Source: Arsukibacterium sp. (lineage in GTDB: Bacteria > Pseudomonadota > Gammaproteobacteria > Enterobacterales > Alteromonadaceae). Taken from it: 64,000 bases of DNA. A program made the position numbers and the translations under genes. Below are positions 36,656 to 46,483 of this stretch, piece by piece. How positions within the stretch are numbered: position 1 is the first letter of the stretch; every line of letters begins with the position of its first letter. Under the pieces are notes generated by a model. It did not search any database. It saw only the letters and a program-made list of their open reading frames with translations, and was not told where the DNA came from. The stretch lies in contig NZ_JAGYIM010000017.1 of the NCBI RefSeq assembly GCF_018402695.1, forward strand, positions 56,074 to 120,073, written 5' to 3'.

Positions 36656-38437
36656 ATGAGTCAATTTGCAATAAACCTGATATTTGTCGGCGGCTCCTTC
36701 GCCCTCTATATCGCAATCGCAATCTGGGCCCGGGCTGGCACCACTAAAGAGTTCTATGTGGCCGGCGGCGGGGTTAACCCGGTAATGAATGGTATGGCCA
36801 CAGCTGCCGACTGGATGTCAGCGGCGTCATTTATTTCAATGGCCGGCTTAATTGCTGCTGGTGGCTATGCTAATTCTACTTTCTTAATGGGCTGGACCGG
36901 TGGTTATGTCTTACTGGCCATGTTACTTGCCCCGTACTTACGTAAGTTCGGCAAGTTTACCGTGCCAGACTTTATCGGTGACCGCTTTTACAGCACCGGT
37001 GCCCGGCTGGTTGCCGTAGCCTGTTTAATTATTGCCTCAGTAACCTATGTTATCGGTCAGATGACTGGCGCCGGTGTGGCCTTCTCGCGCTTCCTGGAAG
37101 TCAGTAGCGACATGGGGCTGATTATCGCCGCGGTTATTGTTTTTCTGTATGCGGTTATGGGGGGGATGAAAGGCATTACCTATACTCAGGTAGCACAATA
37201 TGTCGTGCTGATTATCGCCTACACCATTCCGGCGGTATTTATTTCATTGCAGTTAACCGGTAACTTCTTACCGCCACTGGGCCTGTTCTCTGAACATACC
37301 GAGTCAGGTATGCCATTACTGGCAAAACTTGACGAAGTTGTGCGTGAGCTTGGCTTCCAGGACTACACCGCTGATGTGGATAACAAACTGAATATGGTAT
37401 TGTTTACCCTGTCGCTGATGATCGGTACTGCCGGTTTGCCACATGTTATTATCCGTTTTTTCACGGTACCCAAAGTTGCTGATGCCCGCTGGTCAGCCGG
37501 TTGGGCGCTGGTGTTTATTGCCCTGCTGTATTTAACCGCACCAGCAGTGGCGTCAATGGCCCGCTTAAACCTGATGAATACTATTTATCCGGCAGGTCCA
37601 ACAGCTGATGCTATTCAGTACGCAGAGCGGCCAGACTGGATGAAAACCTGGGAAACCACCGGTTTAATCCAGTTCACCGATAAAAACAATGACGGCCGCA
37701 TTCAGGTTTATAACGATACACCTGCATTTGCTGCTACCGCCACCGAACGTGGCTGGAATGGTAACGAGCTGGTAGTCAATAACGATATTCTGGTATTGGC
37801 GAATCCGGAAATTGCTAACCTACCAGGCTGGGTTATTGGTTTAATTGCTGCCGGTGGTTTGGCGGCGGCGCTGTCAACGGCAGCCGGATTACTACTGGCA
37901 ATTTCGTCGGCAATCAGCCATGACTTGATCAAAGGCTCGCTCAAGCCCGATATCAGTGAAAAAGGTGAATTAATGGCAGCCCGTATTTCGATGGGGGTCG
38001 CTATCGTAGTTGCTACCTGGCTCGGCATGAACCCACCCGGCTTCGCTGCGCAGACGGTTGCACTGGCCTTTGGTATCGCTGCGGCGTCAATTTTCCCGGC
38101 GCTGATGATGGGTATCTTCTCCAAGCGGGTGAATAACGTTGGCGCGATTGCAGGTATGCTGGCAGGGTTAATTTCTACCTGTGTTTATATCTTCCTGTAT
38201 CTGGGCTGGTTCTTTATCCCAGGCACTGCGACGTTTGCCAATACGCCGGATAACTGGTTGTTTGGTAGCACAGGTTATGGCATTTCACCGCTGTCTTTTG
38301 GTGCAGTAGGGGCAATGATTAACTTTGCTGTGGCCTTTACAGTGTCAGCGTTAACCGCGCCGCCACCAGTGCGTATTCAGGAACTGGTAGAAAGCGTCCG
38401 CTTCCCGCGTGGTGCTGGTCAGGCTGTAGACCACTAA
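36656..38437 (+). CDS. sodium:solute symporter (VC_2705/ActP-like, probable acetate/monocarboxylate permease)
   Basis: 593-aa SSS-family polytopic protein, paired with DUF4212 and near acs. Confidence 0.9.
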   Translation: MSQFAINLIFVGGSFALYIAIAIWARAGTTKEFYVAGGGVNPVMNGMATAADWMSAASFISMAGLIAAGGYANSTFLMGWTGGYVLLAMLLAPYLRKFGKFTVPDFIGDRFYSTGARLVAVACLIIASVTYVIGQMTGAGVAFSRFLEVSSDMGLIIAAVIVFLYAVMGGMKGITYTQVAQYVVLIIAYTIPAVFISLQLTGNFLPPLGLFSEHTESGMPLLAKLDEVVRELGFQDYTADVDNKLNMVLFTLSLMIGTAGLPHVIIRFFTVPKVADARWSAGWALVFIALLYLTAPAVASMARLNLMNTIYPAGPTADAIQYAERPDWMKTWETTGLIQFTDKNNDGRIQVYNDTPAFAATATERGWNGNELVVNNDILVLANPEIANLPGWVIGLIAAGGLAAALSTAAGLLLAISSAISHDLIKGSLKPDISEKGELMAARISMGVAIVVATWLGMNPPGFAAQTVALAFGIAAASIFPALMMGIFSKRVNNVGAIAGMLAGLISTCVYIFLYLGWFFIPGTATFANTPDNWLFGSTGYGISPLSFGAVGAMINFAVAFTVSALTAPPPVRIQELVESVRFPRGAGQAVDH

Positions 38438-38482
38438 GCTGACACTACGTTATAGTGTTAGTAATAAGATGTTGAAGTAGTA

Positions 38483-38512
38483 GCGGGCTTTCAATTGAAA
38501 GCCCGCCTTTTT
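38483..38512 (+). terminator. terminator after the symporter
   Basis: GCGGGCTTTC-aatt-GAAAGCCCGC followed by CTTTTT. Confidence 0.65.
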
Positions 38513-38540
38513 AAAGCAAGATACTAAGCAGGAATACCCT

Positions 38541-39068
38541 ATGTTATGGGAATTAATCGCGACCGTTTTTGCCGGATTGGGTGCAGCGGGCATAGCCCTG
38601 GCCATCCGCTTTATCAGCAGAAAAAAAGCACCACGCTGGCTGATCCCCGCGTTTGCCGGTTTGGGCATGCTGAGCTTTCAGGTGCAAAGTGAATACAACT
38701 GGTACCCGCATCAGGCGGGTTTATTACCAGACGGTGTAGTGGTGGTGCGAACCGTTGAGCAACAAGCATTCTGGCGGCCATGGAGTTATCTGCACCCGCA
38801 AACACTGCGTTTTATTGCCGCTGACATTGCCAATGCGGCCCCTAATCAACGAAATGAGGCCATCTGGCTGGTCGACTTATACTTTTTTGAACGCCGGCTG
38901 TCAGCCAAACGGGTACCTCAGGTTGTGCATTGTCAGCAACAGGCCCGCGCCGATTTCACCGAACAATTGCATATTCCCGCTCCCGGTGAAGCGGTAGGTA
39001 ACGCCTGGCATAAGCTGGAAAATAATGACCCGTTACTGTTGGCGTTATGTCAACGTCAGGCAGTGTAA
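38541..39068 (+). CDS. hypothetical membrane-anchored protein (2 N-terminal TM helices)
   Basis: 175-aa ORF with coding-like composition. I recognise no family. Confidence 0.55.
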   Translation: MLWELIATVFAGLGAAGIALAIRFISRKKAPRWLIPAFAGLGMLSFQVQSEYNWYPHQAGLLPDGVVVVRTVEQQAFWRPWSYLHPQTLRFIAADIANAAPNQRNEAIWLVDLYFFERRLSAKRVPQVVHCQQQARADFTEQLHIPAPGEAVGNAWHKLENNDPLLLALCQRQAV

Positions 39069-39096
39069 CTTAACCGACACTATACGCTGAGGTCTT

Positions 39097-40923
39097 ATGG
39101 AAGTTGCTGAGGTAACTACTTTTTTAGCTGGCACTACCCCATTTGACCAGCTTGATCATGCCCAGCTGGCCAGCCTGGCCGGCAATATCAGTGTGTACTA
39201 CTGTCAGAACGGCGAAACAGTACAATTGAGCGCAGAGCGCTTGATGATCGTCCGGACCGGCATATTCGCGTTGTACAGTGACCAGCAAACCTTACTGACC
39301 AAACTGGAAGAAGGTGACTTTTACGGCTATCAGTTATTATTAACCGGCTTAAGCGACAACGATAAGCTGGTTTGTGAAGAAGATGGTCTGGTTTACTGGT
39401 TAAGCGCTGATGCCTTTCATCAGTTGCGCTATCAGTATAAGAATATTGATATTTTCTTTCAGCGCTTATTTAGCAGACGGCTCCACCAATATAAAGCGCA
39501 ACAACAAAATTCCCGCTTTACCCTGAAAATCAGTGACATAGTCCAGGCCCGCAAAATCGCGATCAGTGGTGAGCACAGCGTGCAGCAAGCTGCGGCATTA
39601 ATGACCGAAAAAAGAGTGTCATCACTGCTGGTAGAGCAACACGAGCGGCTGGTTGGCATTATCACCGACCGTGACCTGCGCAGCCGGGTACTGGCCGCTG
39701 ACTTGCCGGCGCAAACCGCGGTTAAGCAGGTAATGACGGCTAAGCCACATACTATCGACAAACATGCTTATCTGTTTGAAGCCGTGCAGCTGATGAGCCG
39801 GCACAATGTGCACCATTTGCCCGTGCTGGACAAACAGCAAAGCTATTCAATGATCACCGCCACTGACATTATCCGCTCGCAGCAAGACCACCCCGTATAC
39901 CTGATTGGTGAAATTCACCGCCAGACCAGTGTCGATGGCCTGGAACATTGTGCCAGTCAGGTCAGCAGCCTGGCCTTAACCCTGGGCAAGCAACAGGTGC
40001 CCGCACATGAGGCCGGACACATTATTACCACTATTACCGATGCGCTGACCCAGCGCCTGATCACCTTAGCTCAGCTTGAGCTAGGGCCGCCCCCTTGCGT
40101 ATTCAGTTGGTTGGCTTTCGGTTCACAAGGCCGGATGGATCAAAGCTTAAATGCTGATCAGGATAATGCCTTATTACTGGAAAAAGAGCCTGTTGGCGAG
40201 GTTGCGGCTTACTTTGCCGCCTTGGCCGACTTTGTCTGTCAGGGGTTAGCCCGCTGCGGCATTATTCTGTGTCCTGGCAATATTATGGCGTCCAACAGTG
40301 CTCTGCGCTTAAGCTTAAAAGGCTGGTCAGGCCAATTTGCCAAATGGGTTACCAGCCCTACTCCCGAAGCGCTGCTTAAGTCCAGTATCTTTTTTGATTT
40401 ACGGGTAATTGAAGGCAGTAAAGGTCTGTTTAACGCCTTACAACAGGATATTCTGGCCAGAACCACCGACAATGCATTGTTCTTATATCATCTGGCGCAA
40501 ACCGCCTTGCAACGCACTGCGCCACTGAGCTTTTTGCGTAATTTTATTCTGGAACATGACGGTAAACAGAAAAAAGGTCTCGACTTAAAGAAACGCGGGA
40601 TCAGTTTAATTACTGATATTGTTAGAGTATATGCGTTGTCAGCTGGGATCAGCGAAATCAATACCCGGCAGCGCTTAGTCCAGTTAGCCAATAAAGGCAT
40701 AATGGACAGCAAGGATACCCAGAATTTATCAGACGCTTTCGATGTGCTGGCGCAGCTGCGCTGGGACAAACATCAGCATGATCTGATCCAGGGCCATGAT
40801 GTCAGCAACCTGCTGGACCCTAATGTGTTATCAGGTTTACAGCGCCATCAGCTGAAGGACAGCCTGACAGTGATTAATGATGCCCAGTCGTCATTAAAAC
40901 ACCGTTTTTGCCGGGATTTATAA
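39097..40923 (+). CDS. cNMP-binding / tandem CBS / DUF294 nucleotidyltransferase-domain protein
   Basis: N-terminal cyclic-nucleotide-binding-like domain, a CBS pair (..VSSLLVEQHERLVGIITDRDL.., ..HHLPVLD..), then a ..AFGSQGR..DQDNAL.. nucleotidyltransferase motif. Confidence 0.8.
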   Translation: MEVAEVTTFLAGTTPFDQLDHAQLASLAGNISVYYCQNGETVQLSAERLMIVRTGIFALYSDQQTLLTKLEEGDFYGYQLLLTGLSDNDKLVCEEDGLVYWLSADAFHQLRYQYKNIDIFFQRLFSRRLHQYKAQQQNSRFTLKISDIVQARKIAISGEHSVQQAAALMTEKRVSSLLVEQHERLVGIITDRDLRSRVLAADLPAQTAVKQVMTAKPHTIDKHAYLFEAVQLMSRHNVHHLPVLDKQQSYSMITATDIIRSQQDHPVYLIGEIHRQTSVDGLEHCASQVSSLALTLGKQQVPAHEAGHIITTITDALTQRLITLAQLELGPPPCVFSWLAFGSQGRMDQSLNADQDNALLLEKEPVGEVAAYFAALADFVCQGLARCGIILCPGNIMASNSALRLSLKGWSGQFAKWVTSPTPEALLKSSIFFDLRVIEGSKGLFNALQQDILARTTDNALFLYHLAQTALQRTAPLSFLRNFILEHDGKQKKGLDLKKRGISLITDIVRVYALSAGISEINTRQRLVQLANKGIMDSKDTQNLSDAFDVLAQLRWDKHQHDLIQGHDVSNLLDPNVLSGLQRHQLKDSLTVINDAQSSLKHRFCRDL

Positions 40924-40924
40924 C

Positions 40925-41587
40925 ATGCTGGCCTGGCTATCAAATAAAACAGCACCGCTCAGCCACATCGTGCAGACATTTAATCAGACGGCACTGCCTG
41001 CCGGGGGCGTTCGCGCAGCCGACTGTCCTTTTTTGGTTATTGATTTAGAACTGACGGGTTTAAATGCAAAACAGGATCACATCGTCAGCCTGGGTTGGCT
41101 GCCGGTGCGTCAGCATGAAATTGTGCTAGCTGAAGCCCGGCATTATCTGGTTCATAGCCCAGTCAGTGTGGGCCAGAGTGCGGTTTTTCATGGCCTGCAT
41201 GACCGGGATTTTGACAAAGCACTGGATTTGGCGGAAGTACTGACTGAACTGCTGCAACAGTATGCTGGCTACATTTTTGTTGCTCATCATTGCCAGCTTG
41301 ATTGTCGGTTTTTAGAAGTCGCCAGCCAACGTATCTTCGGTAAAGCAGCGAAGTTCAGTTTTATCGACACCCTGAATATTGAACTCTACCGGCTGCAGAA
41401 ACAGGGTATTGTCATGAAAAAAGATGCATTGCGGCTGCCACAATGTTTAAGCCGGCATAAACTGCCACAGAGTAATCAGCACCATGCGCTGGCCGACGCA
41501 TACAGTTGTGCCTTGTTGCTACTGAGTCAGCTGAAACACAGCCATGCTGATATCACCCTGGCGGATTTGCAGCTGCAAAGCCGCTAA
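40925..41587 (+). CDS. DEDDh 3'-5' exonuclease (DNA pol III epsilon-like)
   Basis: Exo motifs FLVIDLELTGL, ..VAHH..LDCRFL.., HHALADAYSC. The start lies 1 nt after the stop of the preceding gene. Confidence 0.8.
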   Translation: MLAWLSNKTAPLSHIVQTFNQTALPAGGVRAADCPFLVIDLELTGLNAKQDHIVSLGWLPVRQHEIVLAEARHYLVHSPVSVGQSAVFHGLHDRDFDKALDLAEVLTELLQQYAGYIFVAHHCQLDCRFLEVASQRIFGKAAKFSFIDTLNIELYRLQKQGIVMKKDALRLPQCLSRHKLPQSNQHHALADAYSCALLLLSQLKHSHADITLADLQLQSR

Positions 41588-41658
41588 CTCTGCCACTGGC
41601 GCTGCCAGCGTTACCTTGCGGCGTTACTTCGTGCAGGTGTTGCTTGGTCCAGGCTTTG

Positions 41659-43227
41659 CTACATCCAGGCTTTGTTACTGCGTTCCAATTGATACAACCC
41701 CTGCTCCAGTAACGCCCGGCCGTCAGCTTCAGCCATAAAAGGAATCTCCAGTGCACCGGATGCCATCACCAGTTTTACCGAGCACAAACCGGCGCGACGC
41801 ATCAACCAGCTTTGCTTAAACTGGACCTGTTGCAGTTTGTATTTGGCGAAGCAGTAATAATCAACACCGAAATAACCCCGGCGAATATAACAGTAGTCAT
41901 TGTCCTGTGCATAACCATAACGGTACCAGCGCATCACAATCAGCAGTGCCCAGAATGCCAGAGGCACACTACTGAGTATTGCCAGTGTTTGCTGTTGCTG
42001 CAGCCACAATAGCAGCGGAACAACTACGCCTGCAGGCAACCAGTACAACAGTAAATAGCGCCAGATAAAACGTTTGCTCACCGGATTAAAGGTTACTTGG
42101 TGCAGTTGATTATCCGGATAGGCATCATCAAGCAAGGTGGCGGCTTCGGCTGGGGTTACTGACGGCACCATAATTTTCTGCTCAGTAGAAAATTGTTGCT
42201 GACCGTTAATCTGTTCAAAACTCAGGTTAACCCTGCCAAGCAGCATATCCAGCCAGTCACGCTTCAAGGCAACCCACTGTAGACGAGACAACTTCATACT
42301 GACTTCATGCCGGGTCAGCAACCCACTGCGCCGGATATAATTATCCTGTTTCTTATGCAGGGTATAACCGTAATACGTTAATACTGACCCCAGTATTGAG
42401 AACAGGGTTAACAGCAGCATAATAAACATAGTTAACGATACGGCATAAAGGCCGATAACAAACCAGGATTGCTGGGTGGGGTCGAACATTGCGGGCAAAT
42501 CGATACCGGCCTGAAGTAGTAATTGCAGTACTTTATCAGCGAGCTGATTATAAAAAGGCGCCACTAAGCCTAAAAATAACCAGACCCGGTTATTGCTGAT
42601 ACCATGAATAACCAAATCAGCCAGACTGCGCTGATTCAATAGCTGTTCGGCTTCACTGGCCTTTACCGGTGCAACCGGTTCAACACTGGTGTTATCAGGC
42701 GCAGTCGTGTCTGTTTGCCGTAAATCCAGTATATGCTGCTTTAGTGATTCAGCAAACGGCCGGCCTAGTGCCACCAACCTCGCCTCCTGATGCACGGAGC
42801 CCGCCGTATCCAGTTGCAGACATACGTAATCGGCCGGCCGATAAAAAAGCGGCTGCTCCAGTTTAATGTTCTGGATCCGGTTAAACGGCAAATTCAGGTA
42901 TTTTTTACTGACGACGCCGGAGCGGATCTCTACCGTACCAGCCGACAACCGGTACTGAAAGTAATAATATTTCAGAACCGCCACCGTTATTGTCAGTAAC
43001 AATAATCCACTTAGCAGACCAATGGCCAGGCCGGGATTTTCTTTAATCCGGTTAAACAGCAAAATAAAAGGCGGAATAAGGTAAACAAACTGGCCGACAA
43101 AAAAACGCAGCACTGCCACAGCAAAATATAAGATAGCAATCGGTGATACCCGGTGCCACTGTGCCTGGCTGACAGTCTGGTTCAGCTCTGCTATGGGTGC
43201 TGCCCCGGGCTCATTGAAGTTGTTCAT
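41659..43227 (-). CDS. YdbT-like membrane protein with repeated bPH_2 (DUF304) domains
   Basis: TM hairpins alternate with PH-like modules. Start placed at the ATG at 43227, overlapping the upstream gene's end by 17 nt. Confidence 0.75.
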   Translation of the reverse strand: MNNFNEPGAAPIAELNQTVSQAQWHRVSPIAILYFAVAVLRFFVGQFVYLIPPFILLFNRIKENPGLAIGLLSGLLLLTITVAVLKYYYFQYRLSAGTVEIRSGVVSKKYLNLPFNRIQNIKLEQPLFYRPADYVCLQLDTAGSVHQEARLVALGRPFAESLKQHILDLRQTDTTAPDNTSVEPVAPVKASEAEQLLNQRSLADLVIHGISNNRVWLFLGLVAPFYNQLADKVLQLLLQAGIDLPAMFDPTQQSWFVIGLYAVSLTMFIMLLLTLFSILGSVLTYYGYTLHKKQDNYIRRSGLLTRHEVSMKLSRLQWVALKRDWLDMLLGRVNLSFEQINGQQQFSTEQKIMVPSVTPAEAATLLDDAYPDNQLHQVTFNPVSKRFIWRYLLLYWLPAGVVVPLLLWLQQQQTLAILSSVPLAFWALLIVMRWYRYGYAQDNDYCYIRRGYFGVDYYCFAKYKLQQVQFKQSWLMRRAGLCSVKLVMASGALEIPFMAEADGRALLEQGLYQLERSNKAWM

Positions 43228-43765
43228 CTTGCAATGCATCCTTGTGCTGCAACACAAACTGACGGATTTGCTGCGCCTGGGTCAGGTCAAGCCCGGGAAT
43301 TTCAAAGGTGTGTAACGCCCCACCGGCGCTGAATAACTGCAGTCGGGCCAGCGAGGTTTTACGCTCCAGTGGCCCCTGTTTTAATTCGATATGCTGCACC
43401 CTAACTACCGGCTGCGTAATCATTTTACGGAAAAAAATGCCCGAACTGTAACTGATATCATGTTCACGCAGCGCAAAGGACTTATGTGTATCGGCCTGCC
43501 AGCAGTAGACTGCGCGCAGCAACCCCAGCAAAGGTATGACCCACAGCGCATGGGCCGTTATCTGTAGCAAATGAGGCGGTTGCTCCCACCAGGGCTGCAG
43601 CCTTGCCCCCAGTAACAGCAACCACACGACGCTGAAAAAGCCCGCATTGACGCCCTGGCGCAACAAGCGGTACCGTCTGGCCAGTGGCTCTGGTTGCAGC
43701 GCCTGCAGTGGGGTAAGTTGTTCACCTGGCAACTGCTTGTTGCTAAAAGCGCCCTCAGCGTTCAT
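43211..43765 (-). CDS. YdbS-like bPH_2 domain membrane protein
   Basis: 2 TM segments plus one PH-like module. An AGGAG SD precedes the ATG at 43765. Confidence 0.7.
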   Translation of the reverse strand: MNAEGAFSNKQLPGEQLTPLQALQPEPLARRYRLLRQGVNAGFFSVVWLLLLGARLQPWWEQPPHLLQITAHALWVIPLLGLLRAVYCWQADTHKSFALREHDISYSSGIFFRKMITQPVVRVQHIELKQGPLERKTSLARLQLFSAGGALHTFEIPGLDLTQAQQIRQFVLQHKDALQDEQLQ

Positions 43766-43769
43766 CAGC

Positions 43770-44249
43770 TTACTCCTGTGCTTCAGCAGCACCTGGTCGG
43801 TACTTCAGCTGTAACCCCTTGATAAAATTCCTAAGCACCTGATCCTGACACGCCCGAAAGTGCTTATGATCGGCCCGGCGGAAAAATGCACTTAATTCCG
43901 GTTTACTCAGCCGGAAATCAGCCAGGGTCATCACCTCAAGAATATCGTCGTCTTTAAAGTCGAGGGCAATTTTCAGCTTGCGGAAAATAATATTATTGTT
44001 AAGCCGTTGCTCGGGCTCTGGTTGTGGCCCATCCTTGCGGCCCCGCCTGTGAATAATAAGGCCATTTAAAAAACGGGCCAGATCAACATCGGCCATCGCT
44101 CCGAATTCACTATCGTCGTCTTTACTCAGCCAGCTAATCATTTGCTCGCGGCTGGGTGTCTGACCGCCGAGCGCCATAATATCGCTCATAGTGCTGTTAT
44201 TGTATTCAAAAGCATACCGCAAGCGGCGTAACACGTCATTATTGGTCAC
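43770..44249 (-). CDS. DUF1456 (YehS-like) protein
   Basis: MTNNDVLRRLRYAF.. with a duplicated DUF1456-type motif (..IIFRKLKIAL..). Confidence 0.7.
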   Translation of the reverse strand: MTNNDVLRRLRYAFEYNNSTMSDIMALGGQTPSREQMISWLSKDDDSEFGAMADVDLARFLNGLIIHRRGRKDGPQPEPEQRLNNNIIFRKLKIALDFKDDDILEVMTLADFRLSKPELSAFFRRADHKHFRACQDQVLRNFIKGLQLKYRPGAAEAQE

Positions 44250-44274
44250 AGTGCAATCCTGTTATGGGCTGTAA

Positions 44275-44305
44275 AACAACAAAAGGCGCACAACGCGCCC
44301 TTTGT
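44275..44305 (-). terminator. terminator after efp
   Basis: GGCGC-acaac-GCGCC hairpin with a T-rich tail on the minus strand. Confidence 0.55.
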
Positions 44306-44323
44306 TATCGTTAACGAACGAAG

Positions 44324-44884
44324 TTACTTCGCGCGGCTACGATATTCGTCAGTACGGGTGTCAATTTCAATCTTATCACCAATATCAACAAAGGCCGGAA
44401 CCATTAACTCAAAGCCGGTATCCAGCTTCGCTGGCTTCATTACTTTACCGGTGGTATCGCCTTTGGCAGCAGGTTCGGTATAAACCACTTCCCGCACGAC
44501 GACGGTTGGCAAGTCTACAGAAATCGCCCGCTCGTTATAAAATACCACTGAACATTCCATACCATCTGTCAGGTATTTCAGCGCTTCAGTCATGTTTTCA
44601 GCTTCAATTTCGTATTGGTTATACTCAGAATCCATAAACACATACATCGGATCAGAGAAGTAAGAGTAAGTAACTTCTTTAGTTTCCAGTAATACCTGTT
44701 CAAACTTGTCATCGGCGCGGTATACCGTTTCCATACCCTGAGCGTTAAGCAGGTTTTTCATTTTCATCTTAACGACAGCAGAGTTACGACCTGATTTATT
44801 AAACTCGGCCTTTAATATTACCATCGGTTCGGTGCCAACCATAATTACCTGGCCAGCGCGCAGTTCTTGGGCTGTTTTCATCAT
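44324..44884 (-). CDS. efp: elongation factor P (Arg32 type)
   Basis: 186-aa EF-P. The loop reads ..[12 protein letters not shown].. with Arg at position 32. Confidence 0.95.
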   Translation of the reverse strand: MMKTAQELRAGQVIMVGTEPMVILKAEFNKSGRNSAVVKMKMKNLLNAQGMETVYRADDKFEQVLLETKEVTYSYFSDPMYVFMDSEYNQYEIEAENMTEALKYLTDGMECSVVFYNERAISVDLPTVVVREVVYTEPAAKGDTTGKVMKPAKLDTGFELMVPAFVDIGDKIEIDTRTDEYRSRAK

Positions 44885-44897
44885 TATTGAAATATCT

Positions 44898-46097
44898 TCA
44901 TTGTTGGGAAAAATTGGGCGTTATTATAAATTTTTTTTTAGCAAAGTGCACGAGGTTGCTGGCAAGATCTCCATTTGCCAGTAATTGCTGGCGCCACAGC
45001 CGGTTATATTCTGCAATTTGTGGCAAAAACGAATAAAATTTTTGCCAACTTAGCACCAGTTCACTCTCCGCATTCCAGGCCATATAAAACTGGCGGGTGG
45101 CGTCAGCCAGCAGCGCTGGCATATGCTGGCAATACCGGTCCAGAAAAGCCTGCAGCTTAACCAGATGGGCATTTTCCTGTTGGCGGTATATTTGCCAGAC
45201 AAAGGGCCGGCCCGCCCAGTGCGCCCGGATAATCGAGTCTTCCCCCCTGACAAAATTGACATCGCAGGCAGCCAGCAGCAAATCGTAATCTGGCTGAGCC
45301 AGAAACGGTATAACTTTTATAGAGAGATTGTGCAGCGTTACGAGTTCACCGTTTAATAGCTCTGGAAACCGACCGCTGAGCTCGTTGGCCAATTCGCCTT
45401 GCGGGATTACACATAACACTTTAGCCGGATGTTGTTGCCATTGCTGCATTAAATTATTGAACTGACTATGGCTATAGGCAAATAGCGACATTTTAAGCTG
45501 AAACTCTGCAGCCACAACCTCTAATTTCTGCCAGAAAGCCTGCTGAGCAGCTTTATCAGCGATAAATTGGTCAAGTTTCTGTTGCAAGTTCTTTTCATAC
45601 AACAGGCCGCCGGTTTTATTGCTAAAACCCGGGAAAAAAAAGTATTTGTTAAGGGCATACTGGCCTTGGGGGGAGCTTAGCGCATGACAACCGTCAACCC
45701 AACGCTCTGCCGACAGATATTCCAGGTTCAGCCATAACGGCGCTGGCTGTTGTCTGGCCATGTGCTGCTTATAAGCATCAGGAATAGTACATGCCAGGGC
45801 TTCAATTACCACTGCAGCTGGCGCTAACTGCTGCCAGTATTGCTTAGTGCCGGGTTCAGCCGGCCACTGCAGGATCTCTACCCCAGCGACGGTTTGCCGG
45901 CTTGACTGTGAAGATACTTGCGGGCAGATCCGTTTAAAGCTGACTAAATCATCAACCAGCAATTGCACACGGATGCCATGCTCTGCTGCCAACTGCCGGC
46001 TTAAGCGCCAGCAAATACCGATGTCACCAAAGTTATCCACTACCGAGCAGAATATTCGCCAAAGCCCGTACTCTGCAGCTTGATTGAGTTGTCGCAA
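44898..46097 (-). CDS. earP: EF-P arginine-32 rhamnosyltransferase EarP (DUF2331)
   Basis: ..[24 protein letters not shown].. is an EarP N-terminal signature and the gene is adjacent to an R32 efp. The start is uncertain (TTG at 46097 proposed). The ORF maximum to 46223 overlaps the upstream gene. Confidence 0.8.
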   Translation of the reverse strand: MRQLNQAAEYGLWRIFCSVVDNFGDIGICWRLSRQLAAEHGIRVQLLVDDLVSFKRICPQVSSQSSRQTVAGVEILQWPAEPGTKQYWQQLAPAAVVIEALACTIPDAYKQHMARQQPAPLWLNLEYLSAERWVDGCHALSSPQGQYALNKYFFFPGFSNKTGGLLYEKNLQQKLDQFIADKAAQQAFWQKLEVVAAEFQLKMSLFAYSHSQFNNLMQQWQQHPAKVLCVIPQGELANELSGRFPELLNGELVTLHNLSIKVIPFLAQPDYDLLLAACDVNFVRGEDSIIRAHWAGRPFVWQIYRQQENAHLVKLQAFLDRYCQHMPALLADATRQFYMAWNAESELVLSWQKFYSFLPQIAEYNRLWRQQLLANGDLASNLVHFAKKKFIITPNFSQQ

Positions 46098-46114
46098 ATG
46101 GCTGCCTGTTTTAA

Positions 46115-46483
46115 TTAAAAAATTAACGGCCCTATTATACCCACTGCAATGCGCAGGAACAGCCATATAATAATCAGAAACAAAATCGTTACCAGCCAAG
46201 CCAGCAGATACTGCATAAGCCAACGTAACCGTTGTTGGATTCTGCCCCAGAAATCATTCGCGTCCGCGGACAATGGCGGCCGGGCAAATAACAGTGTTAG
46301 CAATATAACATTCAGCATAAAAGCGAAACTGACTAATGCGGTTAACTGCCAACGCTGACTAACGTCAACCGGTGCCAGCAGCAATAAATAACCCAGCCAA
46401 CACAAACTGGCCAATCCAAAAAGTAACCATAAAGGTTGTAAAGGCTGTAATTTGCCGGCCAAAGCGCGATAAAAGCTTAACAT
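46115..46483 (-). CDS. hypothetical inner-membrane protein (122 aa, ~4 TM)
   Basis: Hydrophobic ORF packed tightly between neighbours on the same strand. Confidence 0.5.
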   Translation of the reverse strand: MLSFYRALAGKLQPLQPLWLLFGLASLCWLGYLLLLAPVDVSQRWQLTALVSFAFMLNVILLTLLFARPPLSADANDFWGRIQQRLRWLMQYLLAWLVTILFLIIIWLFLRIAVGIIGPLIF

